From Candidatus Karelsulcia muelleri (GTDB lineage: Bacteria > Bacteroidota > Bacteroidia > Flavobacteriales > Blattabacteriaceae), in assembly GCF_016888765.1 (NCBI RefSeq), contig NZ_CP069423.1:90001-122000 (forward strand): a DNA stretch of 32,000 nt, in the 5' to 3' direction. Position 1 is the stretch's first letter. The number at the start of each line of letters is the position of its first letter. Positions 19,771 through 30,307 of this stretch are shown piece after piece. A program made the position numbers and the translations under genes. The notes beneath the pieces are model-generated. The model had not been told where the DNA came from. It was given only the letters and a program-made list of their open reading frames with translations, and searched no databases.

Positions 19771-20715
19771 TTAATATAAGAAAGAAATTAATTTCCTAAT
19801 TTTAGAAGTATGTCTTAGTCTTTTTAAAGTATGGATTTCGATTTGTCTACATCTTTCGCGAGTTAATTTTAAGATTTTAGCTATTTCTTCTAAAGAATGA
19901 GGGTAACAGCCTAGACCAAAATGAAGTTTAATAATTTTAGCTTCTCTCTCGGGTAGAGTGTTTAAAACTGATTGGATTTCTTCTTTAAGAGAATCAAATT
20001 CTAATTTTTCTTCTGCATTTTCACAATTTTCATTTTGGAAAATTTCATACAAGTTAACTGGTTCTTCGCCTTCATTCAAGGGAGCATCTAAAGAAGGGAG
20101 TTTATATGAGTTGAGTAGTGCTTCATCTACTTCTTTTTCTGTACATTTTAAGGTGTCGCTTATTTCTTTTATAGTGGGTTTTATTTGGAAGTTTTGTTCG
20201 AATTTTAAAATGAATTTATTGACTTTATTATAAAATGCTATCTTATTTGTTGGGCACCGTATTCCACGAGATTGTTCCGAAATAGCTTGTAATATCGATT
20301 GTCTAATCCACCAAACGCAATATGAAATGCATTTGTATCCTTTTCGTTCATCAAATCTACAGATTCCTTTTATTAAGCCCATATTGCCTTCATTAATTAA
20401 ATCACTAAAGCTCAAGCCTTGGTTTTGATATTTTTTAGCTATAGAAACTACAAAACGAAGGTTGGATTTTATTAATAGATCAATACATTTTTTAGCTATT
20501 TTCTTTTCATATTGAGTTGCCTTATCATTATATCCCCTTCTAATTTTTCTAGCCAAAATTATTTCTTCTTTATAAGATAATAATTTAATTTTTCCTATTT
20601 CCTCTAAGTATTTTTCAATAGTTTCTTCATCTAAATTTTGGTATAATTTCTGTTTTTTATTTTTGATCATCTTTTGAATCTGATTTTGAGGTTTAAGAGG
20701 TTGGTTTAATATCAT
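19771..20715 (-). CDS. rpoD: Primary RNA polymerase sigma factor (Bacteroidetes type)
   Basis: 314 aa; ANLRFVVSIAKKYQNQG-like block (SNLRFVVSIAKKYQNQGLSFSDLINEGNMGLIKGICRFDERKGYKCISYCVWWIRQSILQAI), region 4 HSLEEIAKILKLTRERCRQIEIHTLKRLR. Confidence 0.95.
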   Translation of the reverse strand: MILNQPLKPQNQIQKMIKNKKQKLYQNLDEETIEKYLEEIGKIKLLSYKEEIILARKIRRGYNDKATQYEKKIAKKCIDLLIKSNLRFVVSIAKKYQNQGLSFSDLINEGNMGLIKGICRFDERKGYKCISYCVWWIRQSILQAISEQSRGIRCPTNKIAFYNKVNKFILKFEQNFQIKPTIKEISDTLKCTEKEVDEALLNSYKLPSLDAPLNEGEEPVNLYEIFQNENCENAEEKLEFDSLKEEIQSVLNTLPEREAKIIKLHFGLGCYPHSLEEIAKILKLTRERCRQIEIHTLKRLRHTSKIRKLISFLY

Positions 20716-22799
20716 TTTAAGGCTTTATTTGAGAATATCATTTTCCCATTTTTATTATCTACTCCCAAATATTTGACTAAGATTATATCTCCAATTTTTA
20801 AAAAATATTCTAATCTATCAAATTGCTTAAAATTAATTTCAGAAATCTGTAAGAGGCTTTCTACACCTTTATAAATTTCAATAAATACTCCGAATTCTGT
20901 TATAGATTTAACTCTTGCCTTATAGATATTTCCAATTTTAGGAATAAGAGATTTTATTACTCTTACTGCTTTTTTAATTTCCTCATTTTTTTTTCCAATT
21001 ACTTCAATACGTCCTAAATTATTTTTTTCCTCGATCAAAATACTTGTATTAGTTTCATGTTGAATGTCATTAATTTTTTTTCCACCATAACCTATCACCG
21101 CCCCGATAAAGGATTTAGGTATAGTGAAAGCATAAATTTTTGGAGCATGAGGTTTAAGAAATATTCTAGGTTTTGGTATAGTTTTTAACATTTTGCTTAA
21201 AATAAATAATCTCCCAATTTTAGCCTTTAAAAGTATTTTTGCTAAAATTTCATTATTCAAACATTCAACTTTCACATCCATTTGACATGCAGTAATTCCT
21301 AGTTTAGTCCCTGCTATTTTAAAATCCATATCTCCCCATGAATCTTCTTCTCCTAAGATATCTGATAGTACTATTTTTTCTCCAGTTGATTGATTGATAA
21401 TTAAGCCCATCGCAATTCCTGCTACTGGTCTAATAATAGGTATTCCAGCATCCATCAAGGCTAAAGTACTTGCACATACGGTTGCCATAGAAGAGGACCC
21501 ATTAGATTCTAAGACATCTGCTACTATTCTTACAGTATATGGATTATTACTTGGCAGTATATTCTTTAAAGCTCTTTGAGCTAAATTACCATGTCCTATT
21601 TCACGACGTGAAATACCTCTAATAATTCTTATTTCTCCGGTAGAAAAAGGTGGAAAATTATAGTGTAAATAAAATTTTTGTTGAGCTGGTTCAGTTGGCT
21701 CAATTACAGCCTCGACTTTCTTAACGTCTGAAGAGGACCCTAAAGTAATGGTAGCTAAAGCTTGTGTTTCACCTCTTGTAAATAAGGCGGAACCATGAAC
21801 TCCTGGTAAAAAATCCACTTGACACCAAATATCTCTTATTTTATTAAAATTACGTCCATCTATCCTTTGTTTTGTTTTAAACATTAAATCAAGAATAATT
21901 TTCTGTTTTAATTCGTTAAAATAATATTTTATTTCAGTTTCACTTGGCTGCATTTTTTGTTTTACTTTTTTTAATAAAGTTTCTAATTTGTCATTTCTTT
22001 TTTGTTTATTATAAAATTTATTATAAATTTTTGTTATATTGTATTTTATTAATTTGATTATTTTATCATTAAAAAAAAAATTAGCTGCTGTTTTATTGAT
22101 TAGAGGTTTAAGTTGAATTTTTTTTCTTAATCGTTTTTGAGCTGATATTTGAGATTTAATATGTTTGTGAGCATATTTTATAGCTTTTAGAAGTTCCAAT
22201 TCAGAGATTTCTTTCATTTCACCTTCTATCATAAGAATTGAACTGTTAGACCCACCTATAATTAACTCAAAACTTGAGTTTTTAAGTTGTTCTATTCCAG
22301 GATTTAATACAAAAGAATTATTGACTCTAATTATTCTTACCATTGAAACCGGTTCTTTAAAAGGGATTTCAGAAATATATAATGCAGCAGAAGCTGCTAG
22401 GCAGGCTAAAACATCTGGTAATATATTTTTATCATAAGATAAAAGAGAAATCATAATTTGAATATCTTTATAGAAGTTTTTGGGAAAAATGGGTCGTAAT
22501 ACACGATCTATAAGTCTCATCGTCATTATCTCTTCTTCTGTCGGTCGGCCTTCTCTTTTAAGATATCCACCCGGAATTTTACCTATCGCTGAATATTTTT
22601 CTCTATAATCTATAGTAAGTGGTAGAAAATTTCCACCTTCTTTTTCTTCTTTTGAAATTACTACTGTAGCCAGTAAAATTGTATTTCCCATTCTGATTAG
22701 AACTGAACCATCGGCTTGCTTTGCTAATTGGCCCGTTTCAATATTTAGATATTTTCCATCCTTTAAAAATATTTTTTCTTTTATTAATTTTGGCAGCAT
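20712..22799 (-). CDS. pnp: Polyribonucleotide nucleotidyltransferase
   Basis: 695 aa; two RNase PH domains (PLTIDYREKYSAIGKIPGGYLKREGRPTEEE; FLPGVHGSALFTRGETQALAT), KH domain (IGYGGKKINDI), S1 domain. Confidence 0.98.
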   Translation of the reverse strand: MLPKLIKEKIFLKDGKYLNIETGQLAKQADGSVLIRMGNTILLATVVISKEEKEGGNFLPLTIDYREKYSAIGKIPGGYLKREGRPTEEEIMTMRLIDRVLRPIFPKNFYKDIQIMISLLSYDKNILPDVLACLAASAALYISEIPFKEPVSMVRIIRVNNSFVLNPGIEQLKNSSFELIIGGSNSSILMIEGEMKEISELELLKAIKYAHKHIKSQISAQKRLRKKIQLKPLINKTAANFFFNDKIIKLIKYNITKIYNKFYNKQKRNDKLETLLKKVKQKMQPSETEIKYYFNELKQKIILDLMFKTKQRIDGRNFNKIRDIWCQVDFLPGVHGSALFTRGETQALATITLGSSSDVKKVEAVIEPTEPAQQKFYLHYNFPPFSTGEIRIIRGISRREIGHGNLAQRALKNILPSNNPYTVRIVADVLESNGSSSMATVCASTLALMDAGIPIIRPVAGIAMGLIINQSTGEKIVLSDILGEEDSWGDMDFKIAGTKLGITACQMDVKVECLNNEILAKILLKAKIGRLFILSKMLKTIPKPRIFLKPHAPKIYAFTIPKSFIGAVIGYGGKKINDIQHETNTSILIEEKNNLGRIEVIGKKNEEIKKAVRVIKSLIPKIGNIYKARVKSITEFGVFIEIYKGVESLLQISEINFKQFDRLEYFLKIGDIILVKYLGVDNKNGKMIFSNKALK

Positions 22800-22801
22800 A
22801 G

Positions 22802-22972
22802 TTATTTTAGCAATGATTTAATTATTTGTTTTTTTTTAGTAAGTTTTTTAATTAAAATTCTATAAGTATTATAATCGTGTTGATTTTGTTTTAAATGATT
22901 AGTAATTATTTTTATCTTTTTATTTAAGTATAATAGTTGTGCTAGATTGGAACCAGTATCTAATTTTTTCAT
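22802..22972 (-). CDS. rpsO: 30S ribosomal protein S15, shortened at both ends
   Basis: From the internal Met: MKKLDTGSNLAQLLYLNKKIKIITNHLKQNQHDYNTYRILIKKLTKKKQIIKSLLK, matching the S15 core DTGS..(A/V)Q..L...RI..LT.HLK....D(H/Y)......L..L..KR..LL.YL. The residues before this Met in the supplied ORF are translated AT repeat. Adjacent to pnp, a common arrangement. Confidence 0.82.
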   Translation of the reverse strand: MKKLDTGSNLAQLLYLNKKIKIITNHLKQNQHDYNTYRILIKKLTKKKQIIKSLLK

Positions 22973-22990
22973 TTCTAATATTTGATTATA

Positions 22991-23042
22991 TAATAATATA
23001 ATAATATAATAATATAATAATATAATATAATAAATAAATATA
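22991..23042 (+). repeat. AT-only tandem repeat, 8-bp unit TAATAATA
   Basis: Four perfect consecutive copies of TAATAATA at 22991-23022, then a degenerate continuation TAATATAATAAATAAATA to about 23042; no G or C from 22987 to 23046. Confidence 0.9.
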
Positions 23043-23044
23043 AA

Positions 23045-23299
23045 ATGAAAAAAGGAATACATCCAAAAAATTATAGAATTGTAGTATTTCAAGATATAGC
23101 CAGCCAAAATAAAATATTTTGTAAATCAACAGTAGAAACTAAAAATGTTATAAAAATTAAAAATAAAGTTTATCCTTTATATAAAATGGAAGTTTCTAGC
23201 TTCTCGCATCCTACTTATATTGGGAAACTAAAATATATTAATAAAGCTGGTAGAATAGAAAAGTTTAATGCTAAATATAGCTCATATCAAAAAAGATAA
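23045..23299 (+). CDS. rpmE2: 50S ribosomal protein L31, type B
   Basis: 84 aa; MKKGIHPKNYRIVVFQDIAS...STVETK...YPLYKMEVSSFSHPTYIGKLKYINKAGRIEKFNAKY. Confidence 0.95.
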   Translation: MKKGIHPKNYRIVVFQDIASQNKIFCKSTVETKNVIKIKNKVYPLYKMEVSSFSHPTYIGKLKYINKAGRIEKFNAKYSSYQKR

Positions 23300-23303
23300 T
23301 ATG

Positions 23304-24305
23304 CTAAGGTTTGATCGAAAATTTATCGAATAAATTTCGTTCATATTTTAATTTACCAACTAGAGCAATCATAGCTGCATTATCATTTGAAAATTGTTGT
23401 GGAAAAAAAGTTTTCCAGTTATTTTCTAGAGATTTTTTGCTAAAAAATTTTTTTAATCCAAGATTTGATGAAATTCCTCCAGAAAAAACTATATTTTTTA
23501 TTCCAGTTTTTTTAACAGTTTTATTTAATTTATCAAATAATATCTCAAAAACAGTCTCTTGAAAAGAAGCACAGATATCATTAATATTTTGGGAAATAAA
23601 TTTCCTATTTGTTTTAATTTTAGTTTTCAATAAATCTAAACAATTAGTTTGTAACCCACTAAAACTAAAATTTAATTTTTTTACTTTAGGTTTCTTAAAA
23701 CCAAAGGTTTTCGAATTCCCTAATTGAGCATATTTATCTATAATTCTCCCCCCTGGATATTTAAATCCAAGTCTTTTAGCCATATTATCAAAGAGATTTC
23801 CTAAAGAAATATCGTTCGAACTCCCTAAAATTTTAAATTCTAAAAAATCTTTTACTTTTATTATATTAGTATGTCCTCCACTAATAGATAAAGAAATAAA
23901 TGGAAAATTAGGGGGAGTAGAATGTACTCCTTTAATAAAATGAGCTAGAATATGAGCTTGAATATGATTGACAGAAATTAATGGAATTTGCCAGCACAGA
24001 GCTAATGATTTTGCAAAAGCACTGCCAACTAATAAAGAACCGATTAACCCTGGGGAATTAGTAAATGCAATAGCATTAATAGTATTATTTTTAATTTTTG
24101 CCTTAAAAATAGCATTATTAACTACAGAAACTATATGCTGAAGATGCAAACTGGCAGCTAGTTCAGGGACCACTCCACCAAATTTTTGATGAATTGTTTG
24201 AGTTCTTACAATATTTGATAAAACTGTGTGGTTATTTAGAATGGCTGCACAAGTATCATCACAAGAGGTATCTATACCTAAAATAATTAAATTCTTTTTT
24301 TTCAT
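23304..24305 (-). CDS. tsaD: tRNA N6-adenosine threonylcarbamoyltransferase
   Basis: Start placed at the internal Met MKKKNLIILGIDTSCDDTCAAIL (the 354-aa ORF runs further upstream). Motifs QKFGGVVPELAASLHLQHI, VNHIQAHILAH, ISGGHTNI, GGISSNLGLKK. Confidence 0.95.
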   Translation of the reverse strand: MKKKNLIILGIDTSCDDTCAAILNNHTVLSNIVRTQTIHQKFGGVVPELAASLHLQHIVSVVNNAIFKAKIKNNTINAIAFTNSPGLIGSLLVGSAFAKSLALCWQIPLISVNHIQAHILAHFIKGVHSTPPNFPFISLSISGGHTNIIKVKDFLEFKILGSSNDISLGNLFDNMAKRLGFKYPGGRIIDKYAQLGNSKTFGFKKPKVKKLNFSFSGLQTNCLDLLKTKIKTNRKFISQNINDICASFQETVFEILFDKLNKTVKKTGIKNIVFSGGISSNLGLKKFFSKKSLENNWKTFFPQQFSNDNAAMIALVGKLKYERNLFDKFSIKP

Positions 24306-24350
24306 GGTTAAAAAAAAATGATTACTTTTGTACTTAAAGACAGTTCTATA

Positions 24351-24725
24351 ATGCCTACAATTCAACAATTAATAAAAAAAGGTAGAAAAAAAAGAAAAAA
24401 TCCAAGTAAATCTTTAGCCTTAAATCACTGTCCTCAATGTAGAGGAGTATGTCTTCGAGTATATACAACTACACCCAAAAAACCGAATTCTGCTATGAGA
24501 AAAGTTGCAAGAGTTCGTCTAAGCAATGGAAAAGAAGTAAACGCTTATATACCTGGGGAAGGACATAATCTTCAAGAACATTCAATAGTTTTGATAAGGG
24601 GAGGGCGTGTGAAGGATTTACCAGGAGTACGTTATCATATCATTAGAGGAGCTTTGGATACTTTAGGAGTTAAAGATAGAAAGAAATCCCGTTCCAAATA
24701 TGGAACCAAACAGAAAAGTAAATAA
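24351..24725 (+). CDS. rpsL: 30S ribosomal protein S12
   Basis: Start at the internal Met [97 protein letters not shown]. Confidence 0.98.
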   Translation: MPTIQQLIKKGRKKRKNPSKSLALNHCPQCRGVCLRVYTTTPKKPNSAMRKVARVRLSNGKEVNAYIPGEGHNLQEHSIVLIRGGRVKDLPGVRYHIIRGALDTLGVKDRKKSRSKYGTKQKSK

Positions 24726-25204
24726 TGAGAAAATTAAAAAAAACAAACAGAATATACGAACCAGATCCAAAATTTAAAGAACCATTAGTTACAAGATTTG
24801 TGAATCATTTAATGAAACATGGGAAAAAAAAATTAGCATATAGAATATTTTATAATTTTCTAGATGAATTAGAAAAGATCAATAATAAGAAAAATAAGAA
24901 AAAAGGAATAAAAATTTGGAAAAAAGCTTTAAAAAATGTTACTCCACAAGTCTATATAAGAAGCAAACGAATAGGGGGGACAAAAATAAATATACCAATT
25001 ATTATACCAAAAAACTTACAATTAACTAAAGCTATTAAATTACTTATTAATAGTTCTAAAGAAAGAAAAGAAAAAGCAATGTATAAGAAATTAGCAGGAG
25101 AAACCTTAGCAGCTTACAAAAAAGAGGGAAGAGCAATAAAAAAAAAAGATAATATGCATAAAATAGCTGAATCCAATAAAGCCTTTTCACATCTAAAATT
25201 TTAA
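24725..25204 (+). CDS. rpsG: 30S ribosomal protein S7
   Basis: 159 aa; KEPLVTRFVNHLMKHGKKKLAYRIFYNFLDEL, VTPQVYIRSKRIGGTKINIPI, KKDNMHKIAESNKAFSHLKF. Confidence 0.97.
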   Translation: MRKLKKTNRIYEPDPKFKEPLVTRFVNHLMKHGKKKLAYRIFYNFLDELEKINNKKNKKKGIKIWKKALKNVTPQVYIRSKRIGGTKINIPIIIPKNLQLTKAIKLLINSSKERKEKAMYKKLAGETLAAYKKEGRAIKKKDNMHKIAESNKAFSHLKF

Positions 25205-25216
25205 AAACCAAACCAA

Positions 25217-27310
25217 ATGGGAACAAAGTTAAAATATACAAGAAATATTGGATTCGCAGCTCATATAGATGCGGGGAAAACTACACTAACAGAAAGAATA
25301 TTATTCTATACTGGAATAAATCATAAACTTGGAGAAGTTCATGATGGTACGGCTACTATGGATTGGATGGCACAAGAACAAGAGAGAGGAATTACTATAA
25401 CTGCTGCCGCTACACGGTGTGAATGGAAAAATAAAGATAAGCTATATAAAATTAACATTATAGATACACCAGGTCATGTGGATTTTACTGTGGAAGTTGA
25501 AAGATCGTTAAGAATATTAGATGGTTTGGTGATTTTATTTAGTGCAGTGGATGGGGTTGAACCCCAATCAGAAAATATTTGGTTACAAGCTGACAAATAT
25601 AAAGTACCAAGAATTTGTTTTATTAATAAGATGGATAGGCAAGGTGCGAGTTTTTTTGAAGTTTGTGATCAAATAGAAAAAGTACTAGATACTAATTGTT
25701 TGATCTTACAAATCCCTATAGGGAATGAGGACAGTTTTCAAGGGATCGTAGATCTAATTTATAAGAAAGCATTCATATGGAATGAAATTGACTTTGGCAG
25801 AACCTTAAAAGAAATCCCAATTCCTTCGAATTTAAGCCAATTGACGGAAGAATATCGAAACAAAATGATAGAAAGGTTAGCTGAGTATGATAGTAAACTT
25901 TTTGAGAAATACTTTGATTCAAAAAACCAAATCACTGAAGAGGAGATAATAACTACTATAAAAAAACAGACCTTAAAACTGGAAATAACTCCTGTTATTT
26001 GTGGTTCAGCTTTCAAAAATAAAGGAGTCCAATATATTTTGGATGCAATCTGCAGATTTCTACCATCACCACTAGAATGTAAAAAGATATACGGTTATAG
26101 TGTGCAGGAAAAAAAAAAACAACCGATTATTCCAAAGATTAATAAACCTTTTTCAGCTTTAGCTTTTAAAATTTCTTCTGATCCTTTTGTTGGAAAATTG
26201 ACTTTTTTTAGAGTCTATTCAGGAAAAATAAAATCTGGATCTTATGTTTTAAACAGTAGAACAAATAAGAAAGAAAGGATTTCAAGAATTTATCAAATGC
26301 ATGCTAATAAACAAAATCCTATTAATTTAATTAAAACTGGTGATATTGGAGCCGCAGTAGGGATTAAAAATATTAAAACTGGAGATACTCTCTGTGATAT
26401 TAAGAATCCAATTTTTTTAGAACAGATCTTTTTCCCAGCCCCCGTGATTGGATTAGCTATTGAACCTAAATACAAATCAGATATAGATAAAATGAGTATG
26501 GCGCTATCCAAATTAATAGTAGAAGATCCATCATTCCAAATTCGGAATGATCAAACCACTGGACAAACCATAATTTCAGGAATGGGAGAGTTACATTTAG
26601 AGATTATTCTTGATAGAATTAAAAGAGAATTTAACGTTGAAGTTAATAAAGGCAAGCCACAAGTAGAATATAAAGAAATATTAACTAAAACAGTTCTTCA
26701 CAGAGAAATCTATAAAAAACAAACTGGTGGAAAAGGGAAATATGCTGATATTCTATTTCAGATTGAACCAATAAAAAAAGATTTCCAAGGGTTAAAATTT
26801 GTAAATCAAGTAAAAGGAGGAAATATTCCAACAGAATTTATTCCTTCAATAGAAAAGGGCTTTAAAGAAGCTTTAAGAAATGGGCCTTTAGCAGGATACG
26901 AAATAGAAAAAGCTAAAATTATTTTACTTGATGGATCATATCATACAGTAGATTCAGATCAACTATCTTTCGAATTAGTTAGTAAAATAGGGTTTAAAAA
27001 TGCAGCTAAAAAAGCTAAGCCATATCTTTTAGAACCTTTTATGAAGTTGGAAGTTTTTACTCATCCAAAATATATGGGTCTTATTGTTGGGGATCTGAAT
27101 CGTAGGAGAGGTGTAATTCAAGGAATGGAAGATAAGCGAAAAAATGTAAAACTTATTAAAGCAGTAGTTCCACTCTCTGAAATGTTTGGGTATGTCACGG
27201 CTTTAAGGACTTTATCTTCTGGAAGAGCCACCTCAATAATGATGTTTTCTCATTATCAGAAAGCTCCTGAAAGGATTTGGAATAAAATAATATATAAAGA
27301 AATATGTTAA
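25217..27310 (+). CDS. fusA: Elongation factor G
   Basis: 697 aa; NIGFAAHIDAGKTTLTERIL, MDWMAQEQERGITITAAAT, NIIDTPGHVDFTVEVERSLR, FINKMDRQGA. Confidence 0.99.
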   Translation: MGTKLKYTRNIGFAAHIDAGKTTLTERILFYTGINHKLGEVHDGTATMDWMAQEQERGITITAAATRCEWKNKDKLYKINIIDTPGHVDFTVEVERSLRILDGLVILFSAVDGVEPQSENIWLQADKYKVPRICFINKMDRQGASFFEVCDQIEKVLDTNCLILQIPIGNEDSFQGIVDLIYKKAFIWNEIDFGRTLKEIPIPSNLSQLTEEYRNKMIERLAEYDSKLFEKYFDSKNQITEEEIITTIKKQTLKLEITPVICGSAFKNKGVQYILDAICRFLPSPLECKKIYGYSVQEKKKQPIIPKINKPFSALAFKISSDPFVGKLTFFRVYSGKIKSGSYVLNSRTNKKERISRIYQMHANKQNPINLIKTGDIGAAVGIKNIKTGDTLCDIKNPIFLEQIFFPAPVIGLAIEPKYKSDIDKMSMALSKLIVEDPSFQIRNDQTTGQTIISGMGELHLEIILDRIKREFNVEVNKGKPQVEYKEILTKTVLHREIYKKQTGGKGKYADILFQIEPIKKDFQGLKFVNQVKGGNIPTEFIPSIEKGFKEALRNGPLAGYEIEKAKIILLDGSYHTVDSDQLSFELVSKIGFKNAAKKAKPYLLEPFMKLEVFTHPKYMGLIVGDLNRRRGVIQGMEDKRKNVKLIKAVVPLSEMFGYVTALRTLSSGRATSIMMFSHYQKAPERIWNKIIYKEIC

Positions 27311-27600
27311 ATTATAAAATTAAAATAAAAGCATTTGACGGATATATATTAAACCTATCAGTAATAAAAATTATGAATTACATTTCAAAGCAGAATATAA
27401 AAGTTAATGGACCAATTACCTTACCAACTAAAAAAAAAATATATACCATATTAAGATCACCACATGTGCATAAAAAATCAAGAGAACAATTTAAATGGTT
27501 CATCCATAAAAGAGTTTTAATGGTATATAATGTAAAATCAAATTGTTTCAAACAAATTGATCTCCCTAGTGGAGTAAAATTAGAACCAAAAAAATGTTAG
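27304..27600 (+). CDS. rpsJ: 30S ribosomal protein S10
   Basis: 98 aa; [55 protein letters not shown]. Confidence 0.97.
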   Translation: MLNYKIKIKAFDGYILNLSVIKIMNYISKQNIKVNGPITLPTKKKIYTILRSPHVHKKSREQFKWFIHKRVLMVYNVKSNCFKQIDLPSGVKLEPKKC

Positions 27601-28208
27601 GGCTAATTGGAAAGAAGATAGGTATGACTAGTTATTTTAATGAGTTAGGTTACTGTATACCCTGTACAGTAATAAAAGCTGGACCCTGTACAGTATTACA
27701 AAAAAAAACTCTAAAAAAAGATGGCTATTATTCTCTTCAACTAGGGTTTGAAGAGAAAAAAAAAACTAATAAACCTTTATTAGGCCATTTTAATAAATTT
27801 AACTCCTCTCCGAAAAAAATAATATTTGAATTTGCAGGTAATTTTTTAAATTCTCCAGGAGATATAATAAAAGTAGATTTCTTTAAAGAAAATGAGAAAG
27901 TAGACATAGTAGGAAAATCGAAAGGTAAAGGCTTTCAAGGTGTTGTCAAACGTCATGGCTTTTCCGGAGTGGGCGAAAAAACACATGGTCAACATAACCG
28001 TGCTCGTGCTCCTGGAGCTATTGGAGCTGGTTCAGATCCATCCAGAGTGTTTAAGGGAACACGAATGGCAGGGAGAATGGGTGGAAAAAGAAGCACGATA
28101 AAAAATTTAAATATTTTAAAAATAGATTTTAAAAGAAATTTATTAATAGTAAAAGGTTCAGTCCCAGGTCCCAAAAATTCTTATTTATTAATAAATAAAA
28201 TTGGATAA
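27594..28208 (+). CDS. rplC: 50S ribosomal protein L3
   Basis: 204 aa; [69 protein letters not shown]. Confidence 0.98.
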   Translation: MLGLIGKKIGMTSYFNELGYCIPCTVIKAGPCTVLQKKTLKKDGYYSLQLGFEEKKKTNKPLLGHFNKFNSSPKKIIFEFAGNFLNSPGDIIKVDFFKENEKVDIVGKSKGKGFQGVVKRHGFSGVGEKTHGQHNRARAPGAIGAGSDPSRVFKGTRMAGRMGGKRSTIKNLNILKIDFKRNLLIVKGSVPGPKNSYLLINKIG

Positions 28209-28210
28209 AA

Positions 28211-28858
28211 ATGGTAATAGAAATTTTAAATAAAAATGGTTTAAAAACTGGTAGAAAAATAAAATTTAATTATAATTTTATTTCCAATAATATTAATATA
28301 AAAACTAAAAACCATCTAATTTATTTAGAAATTAAAAGATTTTTAGCTGCAAAAAGACAAGGAAGTCATCAAACTAAAAGCAGGAGTCAGATTCAAGGAA
28401 GTAATAAAAAAATTCAGAAACAAAAAGGAAGTGGTAATGCTAGAAAAGGAGATATAAAAAATCCTTTATTTGTTGGCGGGGGGAGAATTTTTGGTCCAGT
28501 TAAAAGAAAGTATAATTTAAAATTAAATAAAAAGATAAAAAAAATTGCTATAAAAACTTTATTTTATTACAAACTTATAAATAAACAAATTAAAATTATT
28601 GAACCTTTTATGTTAAAACAAATTTCAAGCAAAACAATAAAGAAACTATTAAATAAATTAAATATATTTAAAAAAAAAATATTAATTATTACTAATAAGA
28701 GAGATAAAAATCTCTATTTTTCTTCTAGAAATTTTCAAAATGTAAAAATTATAAATATAAGAAATGGAATAAACAGTTATGATATAGCAAAAGCTTATTA
28801 CTTGATAATTAAAGAAAATTCAATAAAATATTTAGAAAATATGTTAAATAAGAGATAA
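28211..28858 (+). CDS. rplD: 50S ribosomal protein L4
   Basis: 215 aa; AAKRQGSHQTKSRSQIQGSNKKIQKQKGSGNARKGDIKNPLFVGGGRIFGPVKR. Confidence 0.95.
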   Translation: MVIEILNKNGLKTGRKIKFNYNFISNNINIKTKNHLIYLEIKRFLAAKRQGSHQTKSRSQIQGSNKKIQKQKGSGNARKGDIKNPLFVGGGRIFGPVKRKYNLKLNKKIKKIAIKTLFYYKLINKQIKIIEPFMLKQISSKTIKKLLNKLNIFKKKILIITNKRDKNLYFSSRNFQNVKIINIRNGINSYDIAKAYYLIIKENSIKYLENMLNKR

Positions 28859-28864
28859 AAAAAG

Positions 28865-29179
28865 GTGAGTGAAAAGAGAAGAAAATTCCTGTTTTATAAG
28901 AAGTATATAAATAAAAACTTAAGTAAAAAAATAAAACCAATTATAACTGAAAAAGCTCTATTTACCAATATATCAAATAATTATTATACTTTTATTTTTC
29001 CTATTTATTTTAATAAAAATGAAATTTCCAAATATCTACAGAGAGTTTATAGAATTAAGATAACCAAGTTACATACTAATATTTCTTCTAAAAAAAAGAG
29101 TAATAAAAGAATATTGAAAAAAACTTTTTCAGGAATAAAATTTCAACAGTTTAAAAAGGCTGTTTTTAAAGTAAAGTAA
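28865..29179 (+). CDS. rplW: 50S ribosomal protein L23, divergent
   Basis: 104 aa, GTG start; [42 protein letters not shown]; position between rplD and rplB. Confidence 0.88.
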   Translation: MSEKRRKFLFYKKYINKNLSKKIKPIITEKALFTNISNNYYTFIFPIYFNKNEISKYLQRVYRIKITKLHTNISSKKKSNKRILKKTFSGIKFQQFKKAVFKVK

Positions 29180-29180
29180 A

Positions 29181-30008
29181 ATGCCACTTAAGATAAAGAA
29201 ACCCATTACGCCAAGTCAAAGGTTTCAGATATTAAATAAATTTTCTGAAATAACTAAAACCAAACCAGAGAAATCTCTGGTTTTTGGGCTTTCGAAAAAA
29301 GGAGGAAGAAATAATACTGGAAAAATTACGATGAAATATATCGGAGGAGGACATAAAAAAAAATATAGAATAATAGATTTTAAAAGAAAAAAAAGGGGAA
29401 TTCCTGCTATAGTTAAATCTATAGAATATGATCCCAATAGATCTTGTTTTATTTCACTGCTACATTATATAGATGGTGAAAAAAAGTATATTTTATCTAT
29501 TAAAGGACTTACAGTTGGACAAAAAATATTATCTGATGAAATTACGGAACCCAAAATAGGAAATGCGATGTTATTAAAAAATATCCCTTTAGGAAGTATT
29601 ATTTGCTGTATTGAATTATGCCCTAATGGGGGCGCTGCCTTAGCTCGTAGTGCTGGAACAGCTGTACAATTAATTGCGAAAACAGAAAAATATTGTACTT
29701 TGAAATTACCATCAGGTGAAACCCGAATGGTATTATCTAATTGTCTGGCAACTCTTGGTTCAGTCTCAAATCAAGATCATAAATTAGTAATTTCAGGAAA
29801 AGCTGGAAGAAATCGTAGATTAGGAAAAAGACCAAGAACAAGAGGAGTAGCTATGAATCCTGTGGATCATCCAATGGGTGGCGGAGAAGGCAAGGCCTCA
29901 GGTGGCCATCCAAGAAATCGAAATGGAATTCCTGCCCATGGTTTTAAAACACGTAAGAAAAAAAAACAATCAAATAAATATATTATAATAAAAAAAAAAA
30001 AGAAGTAA
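29181..30008 (+). CDS. rplB: 50S ribosomal protein L2
   Basis: 275 aa; [66 protein letters not shown]. Confidence 0.98.
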   Translation: MPLKIKKPITPSQRFQILNKFSEITKTKPEKSLVFGLSKKGGRNNTGKITMKYIGGGHKKKYRIIDFKRKKRGIPAIVKSIEYDPNRSCFISLLHYIDGEKKYILSIKGLTVGQKILSDEITEPKIGNAMLLKNIPLGSIICCIELCPNGGAALARSAGTAVQLIAKTEKYCTLKLPSGETRMVLSNCLATLGSVSNQDHKLVISGKAGRNRRLGKRPRTRGVAMNPVDHPMGGGEGKASGGHPRNRNGIPAHGFKTRKKKKQSNKYIIIKKKKK

Positions 30009-30016
30009 TAATAATT

Positions 30017-30307
30017 ATGCCACGTTCTTTGAAAAAAGGGCCATTTATTAATTACAAATTGATTAAAAAAATAGTAATTAATAATAGATTAAAGACAAGG
30101 AAAATAATAAAAACTTGGTCAAGAGCTTCAACAATAACTCCAGAATTTATAGGCAATTCAATTGCAGTTCATAATGGGAACAAATTCCTGACAATTTATA
30201 TTTCAGAAAATATGGTAGGACATAAATTAGGAGAATTTTCTCCTACTCGAAATTTTCGTAGTCATTCTGGAGCTAAAAAAATAACACCTACTCGAAATAA
30301 AAAGTAA
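30017..30307 (+). CDS. rpsS: 30S ribosomal protein S19
   Basis: 96 aa; [59 protein letters not shown]. Confidence 0.98.
   Translation: MPRSLKKGPFINYKLIKKIVINNRLKTRKIIKTWSRASTITPEFIGNSIAVHNGNKFLTIYISENMVGHKLGEFSPTRNFRSHSGAKKITPTRNKK

Noticed and set aside
22987-23044. Possible CRISPR-like array
   Set aside because: Units are 8 bp and contiguous with no spacers; it is a simple AT tandem repeat. No cas-like genes in the window.
22973-23107. N-terminal 45 aa of the supplied 101-aa ORF as a real membrane segment of a novel protein
   Set aside because: The hydrophobic YYIILLYYYIIILLY stretch is the translation of the AT tandem repeat and overlaps the rpmE coding start on the other strand.
23304-24368. 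Extended 354-aa start for tsaD and extended 135-aa start for rpsL
   Set aside because: The extra N-terminal residues do not match the families and the two extensions would overlap each other; internal starts at 24305 (tsaD) and 24351 (rpsL) fit the conserved N-termini.
25056-26511. Minus-strand ORFs (25056..25241, 25759..26016, 26293..26511) opposite rpsG/fusA
   Set aside because: Antisense shadows of conserved translation genes, with no supporting motifs.
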